Source: Gammaproteobacteria bacterium (GTDB taxonomy: Bacteria; Pseudomonadota; Gammaproteobacteria; Magnimaribacterales; D2472). From it: a stretch of 64,000 bases of DNA. A program made the position numbers and the translations under genes. Location of the stretch: assembly GCA_045563715.1 (NCBI GenBank), contig JBJLIP010000001.1, positions 199,076 through 263,075 on the forward strand, written 5' to 3'. Below are positions 58,566-64,000 of this stretch, in pieces. How positions within the stretch are numbered: position 1 is the first letter of the stretch; each line of letters begins with the position of its first letter. The notes under the pieces were generated by a model. That model had not been told where the DNA came from. It saw only the letters and a list, made by a program, of their open reading frames with translations, and did no database searches.

Positions 58566-58964
58566 TTAACCTAAAATTAAACTTGTTAAAAAGCTTAATA
58601 AAGACTCAAGCCCCCAAAAAAATAAACATAAAACAACTATTGAACCAAAAACAATCATAAATGTTTGTGTTGTCTCAATTCTTGTTGGCCAAACAACTTT
58701 TCTGATCTCAGTTCTAGACTCTTTCATTAACTTTAATGCATTAGATCCAAAATTTGTTATCGAGATTAGCCATAGTCCAACTAAAAATAATAATATAACC
58801 CCTAAAACTCTATATAAAAAAGGAACTCCCTCAACGGTGTCTAATCCGTCAATGCCCTGTGAAGGACCGAAATAACTATTTCCAAAAACTGCAGCAGCAA
58901 AAACTAATATTGCCAATAACCATTTAAGGTTATCTAGAGTTTTTGAAGTAGACCCTTTATTCAT
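58566..58964 (-). CDS. secE: preprotein translocase subunit SecE (3-TM form)
   Basis: ESRTEIRKVVWPTRIET conserved segment before the last TM. Upstream of nusG. Confidence 0.92.
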   Translation of the reverse strand: MNKGSTSKTLDNLKWLLAILVFAAAVFGNSYFGPSQGIDGLDTVEGVPFLYRVLGVILLFLVGLWLISITNFGSNALKLMKESRTEIRKVVWPTRIETTQTFMIVFGSIVVLCLFFWGLESLLSFLTSLILG

Positions 58965-58993
58965 ATTTCAACTCTCTACCAGCTCCCTCTTCT

Positions 58994-59069
58994 TGGCAGG
59001 CCAGGAGGGACTCGAACCCCCAACCCCCGGTTTTGGAGACCGATGCTCTACCAATTGAGCCACTGGCCT
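58994..59069 (-). tRNA. trpT: tRNA-Trp (CCA)
   Basis: Folded by hand: acceptor AGGCCAG/CTGGCCT, anticodon arm TCGGT-CTCCAAA-ACCGG, T-loop TTCGAGT, encoded CCA end. 76 nt. Confidence 0.93.
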
Positions 59070-59089
59070 AAAACTTATTTTCATATTCT

Positions 59090-59124
59090 TCAAAGACAAG
59101 TAAGCCGAGGCATTAAGCCTCGGC
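59090..59124 (-). terminator. GC-rich hairpin after tuf (terminator/attenuator or processing signal)
   Basis: gccgaggc-attaa-gcctcggc (59104-59124), an 8-bp all-strong stem. On the minus strand it is followed by ttacttgtcttt, an imperfect U-tract. Confidence 0.45.
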
Positions 59125-59138
59125 CATATAATCTTAAA

Positions 59139-60329
59139 TTACTCTACAATCTTTGATACTACGCCAGCACCAACTGTTCTTCCACCTTCTCTAATTGCAA
59201 ATTTTAAACCTTCGTCCATTGCAATTGGAGCAATTAATGAAACAACCATCTTGATATTATCACCAGGCATGACCATTTCGGTACCTTCAGGTAACTCACA
59301 AGCACCGGTTACATCAGTTGTTCTAAAATAAAATTGAGGTCTGTAATTATTCATAAATGGTGTATGTCTTCCGCCCTCATCCTTACTTAATACATAAATT
59401 TCAGCTTCAAATTTTGTATGAGGTGAAATTGATTTAGGCTTTGCTAATACTTGCCCTCTTTCAACAGCCTCTCTTTCAACACCTCTAAGAAGAATACCGC
59501 AGTTTTCACCAGCACGACCTTCATCCAAAGATTTTCTAAACATTTCAACACCAGTACATGTCGTTTCAGTTGTTTCTTTTATACCTACAATCTCTAAAGG
59601 ATCACCAGTATTAACTATTCCTGTTTCGATTCTTCCTGTTACAACTGTACCTCTTCCTGAAATAGTAAACACATCTTCTATAGGCATTAAGAAGTTACCA
59701 TCAACAGGTCTTTCTGGTTCTGGTACATAAGTGTCCAATGTTTCAATTAGTTTTTGTACAGAAGGTACGCCAATATCAGATGTATCACCTTCCAGTGCTT
59801 TTAATGCGCTTCCAACAATAATTGGAGTATCGTCACCTGGGAAATCATACTCACTTAAAAGTTCTCTAATTTCCATTTCAACTAACTCGAGCATTTCAGG
59901 ATCATCATTTTGGTCAGCTTTATTCATATATACAACGATATATGGGACACCAACTTGTCTTGCTAGTAATATATGCTCTCTTGTTTGTGGCATAGGGCCA
60001 TCAGCAGCACTAACAACAAGGATTGCGCCATCCATTTGTGCCGCACCAGTAATCATGTTTTTAACATAATCTGCGTGACCTGGACAATCTACGTGTGCAT
60101 AGTGACGAGCAGTAGAAACGTACTCAACATGAGAAGTAGCAATTGTTATACCTCTTTCTCTTTCTTCTGGAGCGTTGTCAATATTTGCAAAATCAACTGC
60201 ATCTCCACCAAATACCTCAGCAGCAACCTTAGTTAAAGCAGCTGTAAGCGTTGTTTTACCATGGTCAACGTGACCAACTGTACCCACATTTACGTGGGGT
60301 AAGGTTCTCTCGAATTTTTCTCTAGCCAT
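59139..60329 (-). CDS. tuf: elongation factor Tu
   Basis: [21 protein letters not shown] and NKAD GTPase motifs. 396 aa. In the tufB-type position after tRNA-Thr. Confidence 0.99.
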   Translation of the reverse strand: MAREKFERTLPHVNVGTVGHVDHGKTTLTAALTKVAAEVFGGDAVDFANIDNAPEERERGITIATSHVEYVSTARHYAHVDCPGHADYVKNMITGAAQMDGAILVVSAADGPMPQTREHILLARQVGVPYIVVYMNKADQNDDPEMLELVEMEIRELLSEYDFPGDDTPIIVGSALKALEGDTSDIGVPSVQKLIETLDTYVPEPERPVDGNFLMPIEDVFTISGRGTVVTGRIETGIVNTGDPLEIVGIKETTETTCTGVEMFRKSLDEGRAGENCGILLRGVEREAVERGQVLAKPKSISPHTKFEAEIYVLSKDEGGRHTPFMNNYRPQFYFRTTDVTGACELPEGTEMVMPGDNIKMVVSLIAPIAMDEGLKFAIREGGRTVGAGVVSKIVE

Positions 60330-60355
60330 TTTTATGCCTCTCTAAAATTTATAAA

Positions 60356-60430
60356 TGGAGCTCATAACCGGACTTGAACCGGTGACCTCTTACTTACCAA
60401 GCAAGTGCTCTACCGCTGAGCTATATGAGC
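60356..60430 (-). tRNA. thrT: tRNA-Thr (GGU)
   Basis: Acceptor GCTCATA/TATGAGC, anticodon arm CTTGC-TTGGTAA-GTAAG, T-arm ACCGG-TTCAAGT-CCGGT, CCA encoded. 75 nt. Confidence 0.92.
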
Positions 60431-60461
60431 CCGTTCACGTGCATCCTATTTTCGGTGGCGT

Positions 60462-60490
60462 ATTATCCCCTTAAAAAGCTACAAACTCAA
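60462..60490 (-). promoter_or_regulatory. candidate sigma-70 promoter for tRNA-Thr/tuf
   Basis: Minus strand reads TTGAGT (60490-60485), 17 nt, GATAAT (60467-60462), with an A-rich tract upstream. Confidence 0.4.
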
Positions 60491-60536
60491 CCTTTTTTAT
60501 AAGATATTTTAAACACCGATTTTATTAAAAAATTAA

Positions 60537-60620
60537 TGGTGGAGAGGGTAGGATTCGAACCTACGTAGCCGAAGCGGCAGATTTACAGTCTGCTGGTATT
60601 AACCACTCACCCACCTCTCC
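60537..60620 (-). tRNA. tyrU: tRNA-Tyr (GUA), long variable arm
   Basis: Acceptor GGAGAGG/CCTCTCC. Anticodon arm GCAGA-CTGTAAA-TCTGC is identical to E. coli tRNA-Tyr. Variable arm CGCTTCGGCTACG, CCA encoded. 84 nt. Confidence 0.93.
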
Positions 60621-60676
60621 ATTTAAAGGTAGCTATTTTTGTTCTAGAATTAGCTTAAGTCAACTAGTTTCTTAAA

Positions 60677-61420
60677 TTGAATAAGCTTAATTTAAAAGAT
60701 ATTTCTCAAAATTTACCCAAAAATAGGGTAAATATTGATATTTTTCAAGAAATAGACTCAACAAATGATGAAGCAAAAAGAATAACAACTAGCAATGAGT
60801 TCAACATAATTGTGGCTGAGACACAGTTAAAAGGAAGAGGAAGAAGAGGAAACAAGTGGTCTAGTCCTAATTCTCAAAATATATATATGACTTTTTGTAC
60901 TGAAAATAAAATCTCATATGCGCCAGTAAGCCTTGTGACTGGTGTTATATGCAAAAAATCTATAAATAATATCAACAAAGAAATAGAAGTGTCTCTGAAA
61001 TGGCCTAATGATATTTTATATGGAAATAAGAAGGTTGGAGGAATATTAGTAGAAAAAGAGCATTATGGAAAAAAAATTAGAACGATAGTTGGGATTGGTA
61101 TCAATTTAAATCTAAAAAACAAAGAATCATGGTGGGGAGATTTATCAAAATTTGACCTTAAAAAACAAAGAAATGAACTAATCAATGAAATAATAAGGAA
61201 TCTGATTAAAACCTTAGATGATAAAAACGACGAATGGAAAGATGAATGGCGAAAAAGTTGCATGCATATGAATAAAGAGATTGAAGTCTATAATGAAAAT
61301 AACTTCGTACAAAAAGGTATTTTTAAAGACATAGATGATTTAGGTAATGCAATGATAGAGACAAACAAAGGGCTTGAAGTTTTTAGAAGTGGTCAAATAA
61401 AAATAAAAGGAATCTATTAA
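60677..61420 (+). CDS. birA: biotin--[acetyl-CoA-carboxylase] ligase, no N-terminal HTH (group I type)
   Basis: QLKGRGRRGNKWSSP (GRGRxGxxW) biotin-binding loop and KWPNDILYGNKKVGGILVE. 247 aa. The called start is TTG. Confidence 0.88.
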   Translation: MNKLNLKDISQNLPKNRVNIDIFQEIDSTNDEAKRITTSNEFNIIVAETQLKGRGRRGNKWSSPNSQNIYMTFCTENKISYAPVSLVTGVICKKSINNINKEIEVSLKWPNDILYGNKKVGGILVEKEHYGKKIRTIVGIGINLNLKNKESWWGDLSKFDLKKQRNELINEIIRNLIKTLDDKNDEWKDEWRKSCMHMNKEIEVYNENNFVQKGIFKDIDDLGNAMIETNKGLEVFRSGQIKIKGIY

Positions 61421-61421
61421 A

Positions 61422-61979
61422 ATGAAACATTACTTAAAAAATATTCCATTAAATGAAGCGCCTCCAAAAAACTTTAAAGAAATTATCCTGGGAGCTGGTT
61501 GCTTTTGGGGTGTTGAAAGAAAGTTTTGGGATTTAAAAGGAGTATTCTTAACATCTGTTGGCTACTCTGGTGGAGATACTAAAGACCCGACATATGAAGA
61601 TGTCTGTTATAAAGACACAAATCATGTTGAGGTTGTTAAAGTGGTATTTGATCCAGATATTATAGATTTGACTAATATCTTAAAAGTATTTTGGGAATGT
61701 CATGATCCAACTCAAGGAATGAGACAAGGTAACGATATTGGATCTCAATACAGATCAGCAATTTACGCATCAAACGATTATGATCTAGATATAGCAAACG
61801 AATCAAAAGAAATTTATCAAAAAGAATTAAAAAATAATAACTTTCAAAAAATAACAACAGAAATTGATATTGTTAAAAATTACTTTTTAGCAGAAGAGTA
61901 TCATCAACAATATTTAGCTAAAAATCCAAATGGGTATTGTGGCATTGGTGGAACAGGATGCACTTTCCCAAACGAATAA
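61422..61979 (+). CDS. msrA: peptide methionine (S)-sulfoxide reductase
   Basis: LGAGCFWGVE catalytic Cys motif and EYHQQYL. Confidence 0.95.
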   Translation: MKHYLKNIPLNEAPPKNFKEIILGAGCFWGVERKFWDLKGVFLTSVGYSGGDTKDPTYEDVCYKDTNHVEVVKVVFDPDIIDLTNILKVFWECHDPTQGMRQGNDIGSQYRSAIYASNDYDLDIANESKEIYQKELKNNNFQKITTEIDIVKNYFLAEEYHQQYLAKNPNGYCGIGGTGCTFPNE

Positions 61980-62001
61980 TTTGTATATAATACTCTTCGT
62001 T

Positions 62002-62078
<77 letters not shown>

Positions 62079-62097
62079 TTTAATATAAGATGTTGAT

Positions 62098-62985
62098 ATG
62101 AATCATGCTAGAAATGAAGACTATCAAAGCCTCTTAGATTCCGTTAGATCAAATATCTCAGGCATCGCTTGGCCAACAATTATAACTTTTATAATTTCAG
62201 CCTTTATAATAATTTTATTACAAATTCTATATGTAAAAGATCAAATTCATATAGTGCCTCATCTTATTATTACCAGTTATTTTATGTACGTTATGTATAC
62301 ACCTTTGCATGAAGCAAGTCATCAAAATATTTCAGGAACCAACAAAAAATTTAGGTTTCTAAATCCACTTCTTGGTTTTTTCAGTGCGGCGTTCTACTTA
62401 CACAGCTATACACAACATACATGGAGTCATCTTGAGCATCATAAGCATGCAAATGATGAGGAGCTTGATCCAGACTATATAATGAAAGGTTCTAATTGGC
62501 TTTCTATTATGGCACGAGGTTTCTTTATATTGCTTATAAAAGATTATTTCTATGTAAAAAAAGAAAAACTAAAAAATAATAAGATTGCGAAAATCAAAAT
62601 GAGAATTGGTACATTTGAATCTCTTATCCCAATAGTTTTGCTGGTTATATTAACGAATGTCTTTGATCTTCCTTGGTATCACTTCTTTCTTAGCTATGTT
62701 TTTCCTCTTTTATTTGCAGTTATGCTGTTGGGAATATTTTTTGATTATCTTGTACACATGCCTCATCAGAGCTCTGAAAAATTTGGTGATACTAATGTAA
62801 TAAGAACTAAAAAATGGTTCGATTATCCAATGACCTGGATATGGTGTTATCAAAATTATCATGGAATGCATCATTTGTTTCCAAGACTTCCCTTTTATAG
62901 ATATAAGAAAGTTTTTAAAGAAAAAGAAGAAGAATTATTAAGACTAGGTCTTCCAGTTTATACTTTAGAAAAAATTAAGAAATAA
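62098..62985 (+). CDS. membrane fatty-acid desaturase superfamily protein (three His boxes; CrtW-like spacing)
   Basis: His boxes HEASH, HLEHHKH(ANDEELDPDY) and HGMHHLFPRLPFYR, with 4 or more TM segments. Confidence 0.75.
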   Translation: MNHARNEDYQSLLDSVRSNISGIAWPTIITFIISAFIIILLQILYVKDQIHIVPHLIITSYFMYVMYTPLHEASHQNISGTNKKFRFLNPLLGFFSAAFYLHSYTQHTWSHLEHHKHANDEELDPDYIMKGSNWLSIMARGFFILLIKDYFYVKKEKLKNNKIAKIKMRIGTFESLIPIVLLVILTNVFDLPWYHFFLSYVFPLLFAVMLLGIFFDYLVHMPHQSSEKFGDTNVIRTKKWFDYPMTWIWCYQNYHGMHHLFPRLPFYRYKKVFKEKEEELLRLGLPVYTLEKIKK

Positions 62986-63108
62986 ATGAACATAAATAAA
63001 AACATTGATAAAGATGAAGAGCTGAAGAAAGACTTTAAGTTTGCTCAATATGTTTATATAACTGTATATGTATCTTTGGTGATTGCGTTGATAGTTTTAT
63101 ACTCGTAA
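62986..63108 (+). CDS. possible 40-aa single-TM mini-protein
   Basis: ATG abuts the desaturase stop (TAAATG). Encodes MNINKNIDKDEELKKDFKFAQYVYITVYVSLVIALIVLYS*. No clear SD sequence. Hypothetical. Confidence 0.3.
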   Translation: MNINKNIDKDEELKKDFKFAQYVYITVYVSLVIALIVLYS

Positions 63109-63111
63109 AAA

Positions 63112-63192
63112 ATGGATCTTAAGGTTTATATAATTGGTAATTTAATCTTCATCGCCCTTTTATATTGGGTTGTAAGAAATAAAGATAACTAG
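63112..63192 (+). CDS. possible 26-aa hydrophobic mini-protein
   Basis: ATG lies 3 nt after the previous stop. Encodes MDLKVYIIGNLIFIALLYWVVRNKDN*. Its stop overlaps the amidohydrolase stop in CTAG. Hypothetical. Confidence 0.2.
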   Translation: MDLKVYIIGNLIFIALLYWVVRNKDN

Positions 63193-64000
63193 TTTCTATA
63201 TGTATTAGGTTTATCTGATTGAGAGGTATACCTGTCTCTTAGTCTGGATGATCTTGAAGTTAAATCAATGCTTTTTCCATTTATAAATAAATATTCTGGC
63301 ATTGATGAGGGCTCTAATGGATCGGCATCCCAAACTACTATGTCTGCGAAATAACCAGCCTTAATTTCTCCCCTTTGATCAATATTGAAAACTTTAGCAG
63401 GTGTTGAGGTGATCGCTTTTATTGCACCCTCGTAAGACATGCCGTTTGCAACAGCTACACCAGCGCCCTGCCTAACTAAATGGAAATTATGGCTTCTTGG
63501 AGTATTAAACATGAGATTAATTCCTTTTTCCTCAAGCCTTGATGCCATTTGAATATTTGAAGCAAGTTCATCAAAGGAACCAGGAATGTTATTAATAGGA
63601 TTTATAATTAAGGGAATTCCACTAGCAGCAATTTGTGGAGCAACTAATGAGGCATCTTGCGCACCTTTAATTATTAAATTTAAATCATACTTTTCTTTTA
63701 ATTCAATTAATTTAAGAATGTCCGAAGCTCTATGGGTACTGATGATTAGTGGTAAATTATTATTAACCAGTCTAGAAAGAGCTTTTACATCCCTTGGGTG
63801 AAGTTCCATAAATTCAGCTATTGATGATTTTTCTATTGTTTCTGAAATGTCATCAAGGTCTGCACCATTAAGTCCTGATGCAAAAGATAACAAATCATCC
63901 ATAACAGCAAAAGTTTCTGCCCTTGAACTGCTGCCACTTCCGCCAACTCCTCCAATCATCACAATATCTTTTTTACTTGTTATGTCATGCTCACCATCAA
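63189..64000 (-). CDS. amidohydrolase-family metallohydrolase, C-terminal part (CDS open to the window end)
   Basis: C-terminal GEIKAGYFADIVVWDADPLE pattern typical of the amidohydrolase superfamily. The frame stays open upstream of the called start (…DGEHDITSKKDIVMIGG), so the 5' end lies beyond 64000. Confidence 0.7.
   Translation of the reverse strand, partial: DGEHDITSKKDIVMIGGVGGSGSSSRAETFAVMDDLLSFASGLNGADLDDISETIEKSSIAEFMELHPRDVKALSRLVNNNLPLIISTHRASDILKLIELKEKYDLNLIIKGAQDASLVAPQIAASGIPLIINPINNIPGSFDELASNIQMASRLEEKGINLMFNTPRSHNFHLVRQGAGVAVANGMSYEGAIKAITSTPAKVFNIDQRGEIKAGYFADIVVWDADPLEPSSMPEYLFINGKSIDLTSRSSRLRDRYTSQSDKPNTYRN

Noticed and set aside
60431-60536. Degenerate tRNA-Gly between tRNA-Tyr and tRNA-Thr
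   Set aside because: I could not fold any acceptor or T-arm remnant on either strand. The sequence looks like a promoter-bearing spacer.

Overview
Strongly AT-rich, very gene-dense chromosomal segment; the largest non-coding gap is about 160 nt. It looks like a streamlined gammaproteobacterium, because gene order is Pseudomonas/E. coli-like. A marine SAR86-like lineage is a plausible but unproven guess, based on AT-richness, compact proteins and a TonB-dependent receptor. Content from left to right: (1) skp(partial)-bamA-rseP-dxr-cdsA-uppS-frr-pyrH-tsf-rpsB. (2) dapB-dnaJ-dnaK-grpE, fur, bamE, ratA-like, an NSS transporter, a DUF3429 protein, smpB, an orphan secreted ORF, tmRNA, and a TonB-dependent receptor. 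(3) rpsT, obgE-rpmA-rplU, ispB-fabA-fabB, an OYE flavoenzyme, an enoyl-CoA hydratase, and ssb/uvrA. (4) An uninterrupted 29.4-kb minus-strand supercluster running tRNA-Tyr, tRNA-Thr, tuf, tRNA-Trp, secE-nusG-rplKAJL-rpoBC-rpsLG-fusA-S10-spc-alpha, with 40 protein genes. (5) birA, msrA, tRNA-Thr(UGU), a membrane desaturase with two tiny coupled ORFs, and a partial amidohydrolase. I added rpmJ, skp, four tRNAs, tmRNA and two mini-ORFs by hand, and trimmed three over-extended ORF calls (rplU, rpoA, rplX). I found no mobile elements, CRISPR arrays, integrases, toxin/defence-like gene sets or prophage remnants. This is an ordinary core-genome window and I cannot support a claim of a previously undescribed multi-gene system. 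The leads worth a second look are modest: all five convergent gene pairs share an overlapping CTAA/CTAG stop tetramer with no terminator space; ribosomal protein S2 has a repeat-built acidic tail; an orphan secreted protein sits between smpB and ssrA; two translationally coupled mini-ORFs follow the desaturase; and the rplJ leader is the one large structured spacer retained in an otherwise squeezed r-protein cluster. All identifications rest on motifs and synteny read by eye. No database search was run.
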